A DNA stretch of 64,000 nt from an uncultured virus (IMG/VR IMGVR_UViG_3300027741_000038) (taxonomy: Duplodnaviria > Heunggongvirae > Uroviricota > Caudoviricetes): IMG/VR virus record IMGVR_UViG_3300027741_000038. One strand, 5' to 3'. Every line of letters starts with the position of its first letter. Within the stretch, counting starts at the first letter, position 1. The notes beneath the pieces were generated by a model, which did no database searches, had not been told where the DNA came from, and worked only from the letters and a program-made list of their open reading frames with translations. Made by a program: the position numbers and the translations under genes. Of this stretch, positions 1 through 9,185 are shown in pieces.

Positions 1-84
1 ATCCGACCCTAATGATTCAAGAATTTCTTGATCTTCATCCATGATTCTTTTTATGTATTTATCAAATCCAGATTTTTCGTTCAC
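1..84 (-). CDS. partial small hypothetical protein (runs off the left edge)
   Basis: Manual translation from GTG: MNEKSGFDKYIKRIMDEDQEILESLGSD...; start overlaps the stop of 84..176. Confidence 0.4.
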   Translation of the reverse strand, partial: MNEKSGFDKYIKRIMDEDQEILESLGSD

Positions 85-176
85 TAATCTATTGTATCCC
101 AATCTTCTGGATTTTGTACACCGTATAAAGTCCATGCTTCTTCTGAAGTTAAAGCTATTTCAAAAATTTTATCCAT
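84..176 (-). CDS. 30-aa hypothetical protein, probably leaderless
   Basis: Manual translation MDKIFEIALTSEEAWTLYGVQNPEDWDTID; ATG lies 6 nt after a TGATACAAT -10 box. Confidence 0.5.
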   Translation of the reverse strand: MDKIFEIALTSEEAWTLYGVQNPEDWDTID

Positions 177-182
177 GCAACG

Positions 183-229
183 ATTGTATCATATTGTAAG
201 TTTGAGTGTCAACTTTTAAATGATATAAT
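183..229. promoter_or_regulatory. divergent sigma70/SigA-type promoters
   Basis: Minus strand TTGACA-N18-TACAAT with TG extension; plus strand TGATATAAT at 221-229. Confidence 0.65.
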
Positions 230-264
230 TAACTTAACAATCATGCTTTACACGGAGGTCTTAA

Positions 265-1893
265 ATGACCAGAAAGATTAATCTATTATTAGCTATCCTG
301 CTTTCAGTAGGATGGCTTTTTTACATCCCAGCAAATGCAAAAGCATCTTGTATTACAACTGCACAATCAATAACAACTGCATCAACATCATCTACAATTT
401 TAAATACTGAAAGTGAAACAGTTAATTTTGATGGGTCAACATCCACATCAACCCCAGTAATTGTTCAAAACACATGTGGTGGAGATGATGTTTCATATCA
501 GGTTGCATTACCAACAGCCATTAATTTTCAAAATGAGACATATACTGCTGTATATGCCACAACAAACTCTACTATTGTTTTTGGTCGTCAAGATAATAAT
601 TATTCTAATTTTCCAAATACCACTTCAATATCAGTAAATGCTTATGACTGGGTAGTTCTTAGTACAGCAAATACTCCTGGGTACCCTTCATCATGGCAAT
701 CTACAGATGAACATTTAATTATTTCTTCCAGTCAAGCTGGTTTTCAAGTAGATCTTGCTGTAAGACCATATGGATCAAATGTTTTAAATACACCTTTATC
801 AACAATTGTTGTAACTGCTGCTATCAACACAGATAATACTTTAAGCATAACCTATCTATCAGATATTCAATCTAATATAAATACTCGTACTGGTGTAAGG
901 TTGCCAAATGGGTCTGTTGTTAGTCTTGAAGAAGCAGGTTTAACTCGTGTATATGTTGCTCCTGTAGTAACATCAGAAGAAATAGCTTCCGTTCCTACTC
1001 CCAGCCCAACCCCTACAGAAACTTCAACCCCTACACCAAGTCCTACACCGACCCCAGCGCCTACGACAACCCCCACACCAAGTCCTACACCGACCCCAGC
1101 GCCTGCGCCACAACCAGAGCCTGAACCAGCGCCTGCGCCAGATCCAATTATTATTGTAGAACCTGCTCCAGAGCCTGCTCTTGAACCAGCGCCTGCGCCA
1201 CAACCAGAGCCTGCTCCTGAACTAGCGCCTGCGCCACAACCAGAGCCTGCTCTTGAACCAGCGCCTGCGCCACAACCAGAGCCTGCTCTTGAACCAGCGC
1301 CTGCGCCACAACCAGAGCCTGCTCCTGAACCAGCGCCTGCGCCACAACCAGAGCCTGCTCCTGAACCAGCGCCTGCGCCTGCGCCAAAACCAGAGCCTGC
1401 ACCATTAGTAATTGCTGGATTAATATCAAACAATCCAAATCAACTTTCAGATACTATAATTAAAGAAGCACCAAAAGAAATATTAGTTCCACATATTCAA
1501 ATAGACAAAGCAGGTGTAGAAAACGGCGGTATTGAATTCTTTGGTACTAAGTCTGCACCTCAAGTAGTAGGAGAAGATGGCAAACTTACTCCTCCAGCCC
1601 CACCCCCAGGATCTGGGCTGCCAATACCACCAGAGGCGATAACAACAGAAGACACTTTTATAGGTCAACCAGGAGGAACAACATTTAACGCTCCAGATAT
1701 TGCAGTTCCAGTAATTTTGACACCAGTGACTGGAGCAATTGCTTCAGTTCCTGGTGCTCAAGCAGTTAATCAAGCATATGTAGCATTGGCTAATATCGGA
1801 AACGATATGAGTCCAGTAACAAGAAAAAAAGCTAAAAAAATATTGGTACTAACCGTTGCGGTTGTAGCAATTAGAAGGAGGTTCGAACAGTGA
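265..1893 (+). CDS. secreted/surface protein with Pro-rich stalk and C-terminal membrane anchor
   Basis: N-terminal signal peptide, beta-rich domain, PT and EPAPAPQP repeats, hydrophobic C-terminus flanked by basic residues; GGAGG SD. Confidence 0.75.
   Translation: MTRKINLLLAILLSVGWLFYIPANAKASCITTAQSITTASTSSTILNTESETVNFDGSTSTSTPVIVQNTCGGDDVSYQVALPTAINFQNETYTAVYATTNSTIVFGRQDNNYSNFPNTTSISVNAYDWVVLSTANTPGYPSSWQSTDEHLIISSSQAGFQVDLAVRPYGSNVLNTPLSTIVVTAAINTDNTLSITYLSDIQSNINTRTGVRLPNGSVVSLEEAGLTRVYVAPVVTSEEIASVPTPSPTPTETSTPTPSPTPTPAPTTTPTPSPTPTPAPAPQPEPEPAPAPDPIIIVEPAPEPALEPAPAPQPEPAPELAPAPQPEPALEPAPAPQPEPALEPAPAPQPEPAPEPAPAPQPEPAPEPAPAPAPKPEPAPLVIAGLISNNPNQLSDTIIKEAPKEILVPHIQIDKAGVENGGIEFFGTKSAPQVVGEDGKLTPPAPPPGSGLPIPPEAITTEDTFIGQPGGTTFNAPDIAVPVILTPVTGAIASVPGAQAVNQAYVALANIGNDMSPVTRKKAKKILVLTVAVVAIRRRFEQ
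1183..1402 (+). repeat. 36-bp coding tandem repeat (5 full copies plus a partial copy) encoding EPAPAPQPEPA[PL]
   Basis: gaaccagcgcctgcgccacaaccagagcctgctc(c/t)t repeated head to tail. Confidence 0.9.
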
Positions 1894-2075
1894 AGCAATT
1901 CTTTAAAGATATCTCTGCAGATTTTTTTAGTGAGATCTGGACATTCGTTGGGTTATTCTCAGCGTGGTTAGTTTTGACTGGATCTGCAAAGACAGTAATT
2001 GGAAAAGTAACATTAGTATCTTTTGTCTTATGGATAATTACACTAAGATTACGTAACCCAAAGGAAGGAGAATAA
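1890..2075 (+). CDS. small membrane protein (2 TM)
   Basis: Two hydrophobic segments; GTG start overlaps the upstream stop. Confidence 0.7.
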   Translation: MKQFFKDISADFFSEIWTFVGLFSAWLVLTGSAKTVIGKVTLVSFVLWIITLRLRNPKEGE

Positions 2076-2076
2076 C

Positions 2077-2373
2077 ATGGAAAGCGTAAAAAATATTAAA
2101 AACATCTTGATGCGTATCGTAGCAGTATTTGCTGCCAACGGTCTTGCTGTTATTGGTGCTGGAGCAATCGCAGGTATCTCTACAGTAAAAGCAATTACAG
2201 TTGCTGGACTCACAGCAGTTGCAGCAGTTGTTGAAAAGCTTGCTCGTGCATTTATGGACGATGGAAAACTTTCAGTAGATGAAATCAATGCAGCATTCTC
2301 TACAGTTGATAAGAATGCCGTTACAGTTGAAGATCTTGTAGTTGAAGATCGTAGAGCAAAAACAAAGAAGTAA
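2077..2373 (+). CDS. holin-like membrane protein
   Basis: Two TM helices, charged C-terminus containing DDGKLSVDE; AGGAG SD. Confidence 0.55.
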   Translation: MESVKNIKNILMRIVAVFAANGLAVIGAGAIAGISTVKAITVAGLTAVAAVVEKLARAFMDDGKLSVDEINAAFSTVDKNAVTVEDLVVEDRRAKTKK

Positions 2374-2385
2374 ATAGAAATAAAG

Positions 2386-2415
2386 AAGGGCTATAGTTAT
2401 GCTATAGCCCTTTTT
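2386..2415. terminator. bidirectional intrinsic terminator
   Basis: aagggctatag/ctatagccctt stem between convergent genes, T-tract on plus. Confidence 0.8.
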
Positions 2416-2429
2416 CTATTATAAAATAA

Positions 2430-2663
2430 TTATTCAGGTAGAACTAACTTTTGTGTTTGCTCGGACTTTATCATCATGTGATCATTAAAAACTTCCATGA
2501 ACCTATTAATAACAAATATAGCATCGCTTGCTGCATTTTGTGCTGCTTCAAGTTCTTGTTCTTCTGTAAATCTATCATCAATTGCCCATTGTTCTAGCAA
2601 TTCTCTTGCTACTTCTGTTGCAATATCTTCTAGTTCATTCATTGACAATGGAATGTCAGCCAT
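2430..2663 (-). CDS. hypothetical acidic protein
   Basis: ORF with AAGGAG SD. Confidence 0.7.
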   Translation of the reverse strand: MADIPLSMNELEDIATEVARELLEQWAIDDRFTEEQELEAAQNAASDAIFVINRFMEVFNDHMMIKSEQTQKLVLPE

Positions 2664-2690
2664 AATATCTCCTTATTATTAATACCAATA

Positions 2691-2716
2691 AGGGCGGGAT
2701 AATTAAATCCCGCCCT
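2691..2716 (-). terminator. intrinsic terminator after 2735..3730
   Basis: 10-bp stem agggcgggat/atcccgccct. Confidence 0.7.
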
Positions 2717-2734
2717 CAATGGTGGATTAGGTGG

Positions 2735-3730
2735 TTACTTCTTTAGTGCAACCTTAGCCTTTGGATGAGCCTTGTTCCACTTTGTAGCAAGAGCGTTGTA
2801 CTCTGCCTTGTATGCTGCTGCTGCAAGATCTGCTGCTGCCTGTGCTGCTGTCTTATCGGTTGCTGACTTTGCAACTGCATCTGCAAGTGCCTTATCTGCT
2901 GCTACCTTATCTGCCGCACGTCCAGCCTTTTCTGCTGCTAACGCTGCATTTGCTGATGCAAGTGCATCTGCAGGATTTGTAATTGTTGCAAACTTTGTAA
3001 CAGTCTTAACTGCTGGTGCAAGAGTTGCAATATCTGTTGCCGTAATTGATACTGCAAGTGCTACTGTACCAACTGTTGCGGGTGCTGTAAGGTCAAATAC
3101 AAATGTTCCTGTTGCTGTATCAGAAACTGATACTGAACCAAATGTTGCATTGATTGCAGATACTGTTGGAACAGTTGTGACAACTGGGTTTCCAAAAATA
3201 TCTACTGTCTTTGCATACACCTTAGATACTGTTGAGATGTTTGCTGAATCTCCGCCTACAACTGAAAGATTGTATGCAGGTCCCGCTGAACCCTTAACAT
3301 AGTATGTTGTTGTGTTTCCACCAACTGTTACAACTACTGTGCCAGCAGTTGTTGTCTTTGTATATACATAAAATTCAGCAGTTGTGCCTGTTCCTGTATT
3401 AATTGAAATTGATGAAGCTCCTGCTGATGCAGAAACTGGTGTTGCAACTGTTGCCAATGCTGGAACAATTGTTGCGTTTGTTGCGTTTGCAGAAACTACT
3501 GTTCCTGTGTCTAAACCTGTGAGTGCAACCTTAAGTGCATCTGCTGAGTCTACGCTGTTATCTGCTGGTACTGGAAGTACTGCAGGATTTGAAGCAACAG
3601 TTCCTGTTGAAACTGATGAGCCTCCGACTGTAAGGGCAGTTGATACTGCCGCTGAAGCCGTTACCATTGATAATGCACCAAGTGCTACAACTGTAGCAAC
3701 TACTGCACTAATCTTCTTGAACTTGTTCAT
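2735..3730 (-). CDS. secreted Ala/Thr/Val-rich surface protein with C-terminal coiled coil
   Basis: Signal peptide (ASA), Ig-like beta-rich body, Ala/Lys helical tail; AGGAG SD. Confidence 0.75.
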   Translation of the reverse strand: MNKFKKISAVVATVVALGALSMVTASAAVSTALTVGGSSVSTGTVASNPAVLPVPADNSVDSADALKVALTGLDTGTVVSANATNATIVPALATVATPVSASAGASSISINTGTGTTAEFYVYTKTTTAGTVVVTVGGNTTTYYVKGSAGPAYNLSVVGGDSANISTVSKVYAKTVDIFGNPVVTTVPTVSAINATFGSVSVSDTATGTFVFDLTAPATVGTVALAVSITATDIATLAPAVKTVTKFATITNPADALASANAALAAEKAGRAADKVAADKALADAVAKSATDKTAAQAAADLAAAAYKAEYNALATKWNKAHPKAKVALKK

Positions 3731-3784
3731 TTTTCTCCTATAGTTAGTTTATTTTATCCCTGATCAGGATTATCGTAACGGGTG

Positions 3785-4330
3785 TTACGAATTCTTGTTT
3801 ATCTTCTTATTTTGCTTTACAATCTGAAATGGTCCCGATGTATATATATCGTTATCTGCTGCAATTTGCAAAGCTTTTTCAATTGTTGCACCAGCATATA
3901 ACGCACCTATGGCATACTTAGAGCCGTTTCCAACCCCGTATACGCCAGTATCGTTTAATAATACACTAAAGTCATCACCTATGTCAAATAACTCCCCATC
4001 AAAGGCTATGAGCATACTAAATCCAGAATCGTCCTTTGGATCAGCTTTGTACCCCGCTTCATCAAGTGCATCACGCATAGCTGGAACAAACTTAGTAATC
4101 ATAAACTTATAAAGATTTTTTCTTTCAGTAACAGTTGGAACTGGTGGGATAAAAATATGTTGCAATATGTCGCAAGGCGTAGCATCTCCGCTTCCAGCAA
4201 TAAGGTAGCCATTGTTGTTAGTAATCTTCTCCATTTTTAGGCTATTATTACGTCTATCTCCATCTGTAACTTGAGAATCTGCACCCAAAATTACTTGGCC
4301 ATTTTTACATGTTCCAACAATTGTTGTCAT
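3785..4330 (-). CDS. HslV/proteasome-beta-like Ntn threonine protease
   Basis: N-terminal MTTIVG (Thr1 nucleophile), ADSQ, EKI, AGSG, GNGSKYAIGAL. Confidence 0.85.
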   Translation of the reverse strand: MTTIVGTCKNGQVILGADSQVTDGDRRNNSLKMEKITNNNGYLIAGSGDATPCDILQHIFIPPVPTVTERKNLYKFMITKFVPAMRDALDEAGYKADPKDDSGFSMLIAFDGELFDIGDDFSVLLNDTGVYGVGNGSKYAIGALYAGATIEKALQIAADNDIYTSGPFQIVKQNKKINKNS

Positions 4331-4343
4331 TACTTTTCCTTAC

Positions 4344-4874
4344 TTAGTTGTCTGATGTATCTGGTGATTTTGCATCTGCTGGTATAACATACTTTTTGTA
4401 TGCTGCAGGCCAGTTTAAAATAGCTTTTTGAGCATCTTTTAACTTAATTGTACCCGCACACACTAAACGCTTTAAAGCAGTTTCTACAACATCTTTTTTA
4501 CGTGCACCATTATCTGCATATGGCTGTGGCCAAAGATTTTTTTCGCTTGATGGATCTCCACCAAGTTGAAGAGAAATCAAATGATCTTCCTCATAAGCAC
4601 CTGGAGTTGCACCCCAAACGGCGACATAAGATTTATATGTTGTTTTTAACTGTGTATCTTTTAGTTTATTTGTATATGTAACAGTTGGTCGAATAGTTGC
4701 TGTCCAACCAGACTTACAAACTGTTGTGGCAATATTTTCTTGTGTAACATCATTGTTAAGTGCACCTGGAGTTACTTTTTTATTTTGTATTACCCAGTCT
4801 GGATTTGCTGCATAAGCAGAAACTCCAATACTAAGTATACCAGTCAGTACTAATGCCGTCAATTTATGCTGCAT
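4344..4874 (-). CDS. secreted HNH-like protein
   Basis: Signal peptide from MQHKL; EEDHLISLQLGG...NLWPQP...KDVVE...LVCAG. Confidence 0.65.
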   Translation of the reverse strand: MQHKLTALVLTGILSIGVSAYAANPDWVIQNKKVTPGALNNDVTQENIATTVCKSGWTATIRPTVTYTNKLKDTQLKTTYKSYVAVWGATPGAYEEDHLISLQLGGDPSSEKNLWPQPYADNGARKKDVVETALKRLVCAGTIKLKDAQKAILNWPAAYKKYVIPADAKSPDTSDN

Positions 4875-5172
4875 GATTTTTACCCATTTCATTTAATATT
4901 TCACTGCTAGTTTTACCAGTGATTTTCTTATTAATTAAACCTTTATTCATTTCAAAAACTTGAGGGATGCTTTTGATATTGTATTCTTCTAAATATTGGG
5001 GGGAAATCTTGTCAACATCAACCACATAATATGGAGTATCCTTATCAAGTATAGATGCCTTCGCAAATTGTGGTTTTAACTGTTTACATGGATTACACCA
5101 TTCAGCTGTAAATGCTACCACTGCATTATCTTGATTTAATATTTCTTCCATATCATTGCTGATCTTTAACAT
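4864..5172 (-). CDS. trxA: thioredoxin
   Basis: FTAEWCNPCK active site and IKSIP cis-Pro loop. Confidence 0.9.
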   Translation of the reverse strand: MLKISNDMEEILNQDNAVVAFTAEWCNPCKQLKPQFAKASILDKDTPYYVVDVDKISPQYLEEYNIKSIPQVFEMNKGLINKKITGKTSSEILNEMGKNHAA

Positions 5173-5184
5173 ATTTTCCTCTTT

Positions 5185-5415
5185 CTAAGCAATCAATTCT
5201 TCAGCATCAATAATTCTGCCTATATAACGTCGCTTAATAATATAATCTTTTACTGATTCAACACCATTTTGTCTACCGCTCAAAATGATAACCCACCTAG
5301 GTTCAAATTTAGAATCTATACAGGTTTGACACATAAAAAGTGTCACTCCATCAATTATATCGGACTTTTTAGGGTGAAGCTCATTTTTTTGCTTCCCACA
5401 ACTAAAACATTGCAT
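5185..5415 (-). CDS. small zinc-finger protein
   Basis: CFSCG...CQTC. Confidence 0.7.
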   Translation of the reverse strand: MQCFSCGKQKNELHPKKSDIIDGVTLFMCQTCIDSKFEPRWVIILSGRQNGVESVKDYIIKRRYIGRIIDAEELIA

Positions 5416-5666
5416 TATAAATTTTCTTCCATTTCTTCGCCTTGGTATTCTTCAAGATCGTCAACATAAGTTATTCCAAACTCATCAACAATTATAAAAT
5501 CTTCATTATCAACTTCAATATGATAGCCTAGGCCATTATCAAAGTATTCTACTATAGAGTAGTAACTATTTTGTGCGACAAGAGTTCCGTATATATCCTC
5601 ATCTGGAATATAAACATACGAAACTGTTTTGTCAGGAAGTTCTTCGTTGTTTTCTTGCTTGCTCAT
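5415..5666 (-). CDS. hypothetical acidic protein
   Basis: ORF coupled to its neighbours. Confidence 0.65.
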   Translation of the reverse strand: MSKQENNEELPDKTVSYVYIPDEDIYGTLVAQNSYYSIVEYFDNGLGYHIEVDNEDFIIVDEFGITYVDDLEEYQGEEMEENL

Positions 5667-5910
5667 CAGTATATTTCATCCCCTCTATTTCACACGGCGT
5701 TCCATAAGACATGATTAATTTTCTAATTAAAAGTAAGTAATCCATCAAAGCCATGCGTTGATTTTCACTATACTCCATTACATTAGATTCATACACTGTT
5801 AATGCAAGATAATTTGGTCTTGCTCTAATGTCTAAGATAAGGCCTTTAACAGGAACTTTAACATCCCTAATTTTTTTTGCCATATCAATCGTGTACAATA
5901 TTTTTTCCAT
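5632..5910 (-). CDS. hypothetical protein
   Basis: ORF in operon. Confidence 0.65.
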   Translation of the reverse strand: MEKILYTIDMAKKIRDVKVPVKGLILDIRARPNYLALTVYESNVMEYSENQRMALMDYLLLIRKLIMSYGTPCEIEGMKYTDEQARKQRRTS

Positions 5911-6211
5911 GTGCTTTCTTTAACTGCTTCCATATTTCAGGATTTTTGTGTGAATTATGTTGTTTGTCTGGCCTTCCAAGATCCATGTAAACCCCGCCCC
6001 AAACACCTTTTTCTTTATTTGATACGCCCTGTGCGTGACACATTTGAATTACAGGACAATGCAAACATACTTGATCAGCTTGTTTTGCCAATTCTTTATC
6101 TGATTCATAAATATCGTAGAACCAATCAATTGGCATTCCTTTACATGCTGCTAAGTGATACCACTTAACATCTTGTTCATCTAAACCTAACTGACTAAAT
6201 AAATCTGGCAT
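5885..6211 (-). CDS. whiB: WhiB-family Fe-S transcription factor
   Basis: W...AAC...C-x2-CPV-x3-C...GVWGG signature. Confidence 0.92.
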   Translation of the reverse strand: MPDLFSQLGLDEQDVKWYHLAACKGMPIDWFYDIYESDKELAKQADQVCLHCPVIQMCHAQGVSNKEKGVWGGVYMDLGRPDKQHNSHKNPEIWKQLKKAHGKNIVHD

Positions 6212-6425
6212 ATTTATCGCTTAATTCCCATGTGCCAGAGGAATTGACTTCATATCGTGAGGAATAACCCCATTGATTATTGCGATACATACCATTCTTT
6301 TGCATATATCCATTTGAACCTGGTGTCCACTTTATAATTGTGTAGCCATCCCAAAAGAAACCATTCTTCTTATTTTTATTTACAAACTCGTGAGCCTTGC
6401 TATAATCTAAAACAATCTTTGACAT
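6195..6425 (-). CDS. hypothetical protein
   Basis: Aromatic-rich ORF in operon. Confidence 0.65.
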   Translation of the reverse strand: MSKIVLDYSKAHEFVNKNKKNGFFWDGYTIIKWTPGSNGYMQKNGMYRNNQWGYSSRYEVNSSGTWELSDKYARFI

Positions 6426-6730
6426 TACAATGAACCTTCTTTTCCAAATAAACTACGCCAGTTAATAAAGTAGTATTTACTTCCCAAAGCATCTGTTACT
6501 TCGGTGGCGTTACCTTCATTATATATTACTACATCTCCGTGTGTCAAGGGAATTTTGTGCTTATTCCCAGCATTATCATAATCTCCTGTACCCACAGCAA
6601 TTACTTTTCCACGCTTTAATTCGTTATCAAGCACTAATGCTGATAAAACTAATCCTGAACTTGTTTTTCTTTCTGATTGCTCAATCTCTTCAATTAAGAG
6701 TAAGCTTCCAAATGGTTCAATGTTTGTCAT
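6425..6730 (-). CDS. groES: GroES-like co-chaperonin
   Basis: IEPFGSLLL, KTSSGLVL mobile loop, GKVIAVGTG, GDVVIY. Confidence 0.9.
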   Translation of the reverse strand: MTNIEPFGSLLLIEEIEQSERKTSSGLVLSALVLDNELKRGKVIAVGTGDYDNAGNKHKIPLTHGDVVIYNEGNATEVTDALGSKYYFINWRSLFGKEGSL

Positions 6731-6767
6731 TTATTTCCTTTTATAGTAGGGACATTACTAATCTATT

Positions 6768-6796
6768 GTATCAGTTAATATACGCTTATGTCAAGC
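6768..6796 (-). promoter_or_regulatory. SigA-type promoter of the groES operon
   Basis: TTGACA ... TGATACAAT at canonical spacing on minus strand. Confidence 0.7.
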
Positions 6797-6799
6797 TTA

Positions 6800-7165
6800 T
6801 TATTTAATGTATCTGTGAGGGACTGCATATGCTTCTAACAACTTTACACAGGACCTATTTCTTGGGGAATCTCCAAAAACAAGAGCAAAATCAGGCATAG
6901 ATTCAATTAAAGAATGATCTGCTAATCCAGATTTATCTCTAATTATTTCTTCTTTAATCTTGTAGCCTTTTTGTCTAAGAAACTTTTCTGTCTTACCAAT
7001 ATATTCTGTGACCATATTTTCTGCACCCCGCATTCCTGTATGAACAAAGGTGTACTCTGTATCTTCAGGATAGAAGTGTTTACGGTCATCAATCAATACT
7101 GTAAGCTGACGAATTAGATCATTATAATCTGACCAATCTTTGCTTCCAAAAACTATTACTCTCAT
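6800..7165 (-). CDS. SLOG-family (DUF2493/YspA-like) protein
   Basis: MRVIVFGSKDW...VHTGMRGAE...ALVF; AAAGG SD before this ATG. Confidence 0.7.
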   Translation of the reverse strand: MRVIVFGSKDWSDYNDLIRQLTVLIDDRKHFYPEDTEYTFVHTGMRGAENMVTEYIGKTEKFLRQKGYKIKEEIIRDKSGLADHSLIESMPDFALVFGDSPRNRSCVKLLEAYAVPHRYIK

Positions 7166-7235
7166 TTTTTCCTTTCTGAAATGGACAAGGACGGGGTTAC
7201 CGTCCTTGTACATATATATACGTATATATAATTAA

Positions 7236-7943
7236 TTACTTACGTGGTGCAAATGCTCCGCCCCATAGGGACTTCTTCATTTCCGCCTTTTCATCTGCTT
7301 CAGTTTCCTTAGCAGCTTCTGCTGCAGTTTCCTTTTCGTCTACTGCTTTGCCCATGCAATTACATAGATTCATAGGCTTACCGCAATCTGAACATGCCTT
7401 TGCATCTACTGCCTTACCAACGCAATTGCATTGATCTCCAGGCTTACCGCAATCTGCACATGCTGCAGCCTTTGTAATTTCATCTGCCTTTGCTACTGGA
7501 AGTGCTTGTCCGCACTCCTTGCATGTTGCAGCCTTTTCAATGTTTACATTGTCTGGTGTGTTAACTTCATCTGTTTTAGATGGAGCAATTGCTGTATCTG
7601 CAGCACTGTCAAGTGTTTCTTGATCTGGAACAACTGCATCATTATTTGGTGCTGCTGCTACTGAAACTCCATCTGTTGGACGAGTTTCTTGATTAATTAG
7701 TGGACCGCCTGCCGCATTTGAGAAAGACTTTGTTACTGCAATATCTCCCTGTGGATCTGGTTCTGTTGTGTTTGACACTATACTACCTCCTATACTTGAA
7801 TTTGTATTTGTATTAGAATTTCCTCTAACATAATTTTCTACTGATCTTTCATCCCGTTCCTCGTTAGCCGAAGATGAAGTACCAATAGCTTTAATTAAAT
7901 CCTTTACTTCCTCAAAAAATTTTTTGAAATCTAATGATTCCAT
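7236..7943 (-). CDS. modular protein with CxxCG repeats, candidate head-associated protein
   Basis: Three CxxCG units, repeated x-x-K-[AS] junctions, C-terminal KKSLWGGAF; internal GGAGG-N6-GTG at 7778. Confidence 0.7.
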   Translation of the reverse strand: MESLDFKKFFEEVKDLIKAIGTSSSANEERDERSVENYVRGNSNTNTNSSIGGSIVSNTTEPDPQGDIAVTKSFSNAAGGPLINQETRPTDGVSVAAAPNNDAVVPDQETLDSAADTAIAPSKTDEVNTPDNVNIEKAATCKECGQALPVAKADEITKAAACADCGKPGDQCNCVGKAVDAKACSDCGKPMNLCNCMGKAVDEKETAAEAAKETEADEKAEMKKSLWGGAFAPRK

Positions 7944-7945
7944 TT

Positions 7946-8182
7946 TTACTTTGATCCAGCCTCTGTTGTTGTAATGTTACCACCAGCATATTGTGGTGTT
8001 GTCATTGAAACATCTTTGCCTGTGAAAGGAGTTGCTGTATTCATCGTGCTTGGGTTATGCACTCCAAGATTAGAAACTGTTGGTGCTGCAAGTGTATTAC
8101 CTGAGCCTGCTTGTTCTGTTACTGGAGTTGCTGCTGCTGGTTGTTCTGTTCCTGCACCAGCTACTTGTTGGTTGTTATCCAT
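7946..8182 (-). CDS. small low-complexity protein
   Basis: ORF with upstream GGTATAAT and AAGGCGGTG SD. Confidence 0.65.
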   Translation of the reverse strand: MDNNQQVAGAGTEQPAAATPVTEQAGSGNTLAAPTVSNLGVHNPSTMNTATPFTGKDVSMTTPQYAGGNITTTEAGSK

Positions 8183-8212
8183 TTAAATCACCGCCTTATG
8201 GTTAATTATACC

Positions 8213-8539
8213 TTAATATTCTTCTTCTTCAGAACTGTCCATGTCAAATCCTGCATTTTCCAAAGCCTGCCTGCCTTCTGGAGATACGGACATTTGAGCG
8301 TTAAGATCTTCATCGTAACTTATTTCAATAAGCCCTTTTTGATATAAATCAATTAAAACTTTATCCATATCATCCATCATTGCTTGATGTAATTCTGGCA
8401 TCACTTCTTCTAATAAATTCATATCAAATTTATAAATTGGCTCTCCATCTTCATCAATTCCGTCAAGAATTGCAGCACCTTCTTCTACTAGACGCTCCAT
8501 TACTTCACGATGTTCTTCATTTGATGGATCATATTCCAT
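8213..8539 (-). CDS. hypothetical acidic protein
   Basis: ORF in operon. Confidence 0.7.
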   Translation of the reverse strand: MEYDPSNEEHREVMERLVEEGAAILDGIDEDGEPIYKFDMNLLEEVMPELHQAMMDDMDKVLIDLYQKGLIEISYDEDLNAQMSVSPEGRQALENAGFDMDSSEEEEY

Positions 8540-8542
8540 TTT

Positions 8543-9184
8543 TTACTTCTTTGCTTTTGCCACTGGCTTTGCTGCAGGCTTTTTTACTGCAGGTGATACT
8601 GGTGTTACAACTGGAGCAACAATTGGTGCTGTTGCAATACCAACCTTTGAAAGTAATTCTTGACCTTCTTCGCCAACATAAACTGGACGACCCCAGCCTA
8701 CAACTGCATTAAGCAACTTCTTTTTATTATTCTTTTCGTAACCACGAGTTTTTTCAACACACATTCCTCCGTTACGTTGATCTCCCTTTGCAGTTCCTGA
8801 AGTATTTCCTTCAATAACTTGAATTGTTCCGTCTCCGTTATTCTTAACGCAAAGACCAACATGCGAAATGCGATTTACGCCATCATCTGGGAAATCAAAA
8901 TAAATCCAGTCTCCTGGGGTTGGATCATCATTACGAGCATCAGCCCAACGATTATTCTTTTTAAACCAATCTGATGCAACAATTGTTGCTGCAGATTTTG
9001 GATATTTTTTTGCATCTAATCCTGATGTAAATGCACACCAAGAAACAAATGATTGACACCATGGCTGAAAGTTTACACCTGTCCATGCTCCATACTTTGT
9101 TTCATTATCCTTTGGACCTTCAATAGTCCCAACTTCTTTCTTTGCAATCTCAATGATTGCTTCCACTGAACCTTTTACTGACAT
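8543..9184 (-). CDS. CHAP-domain endolysin/peptidoglycan hydrolase
   Basis: PWCQSFVSW (catalytic Cys), PGDW, HVG, IEGNT. Confidence 0.88.
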   Translation of the reverse strand: MSVKGSVEAIIEIAKKEVGTIEGPKDNETKYGAWTGVNFQPWCQSFVSWCAFTSGLDAKKYPKSAATIVASDWFKKNNRWADARNDDPTPGDWIYFDFPDDGVNRISHVGLCVKNNGDGTIQVIEGNTSGTAKGDQRNGGMCVEKTRGYEKNNKKKLLNAVVGWGRPVYVGEEGQELLSKVGIATAPIVAPVVTPVSPAVKKPAAKPVAKAKK

Positions 9185-9185
9185 T

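Noticed and set aside
1183..1402. 36-bp repeats as a CRISPR array
   Set aside because: Head-to-tail with no spacers, and in frame within a CDS
867..1438. Minus-strand GAGAGS and QEQALV repeat ORFs
   Set aside because: Shadow frames of the Pro-rich repeat in 265..1893
2772..3743. Plus-strand Ala/Val-rich ORFs
   Set aside because: Antisense shadows of 2735..3730
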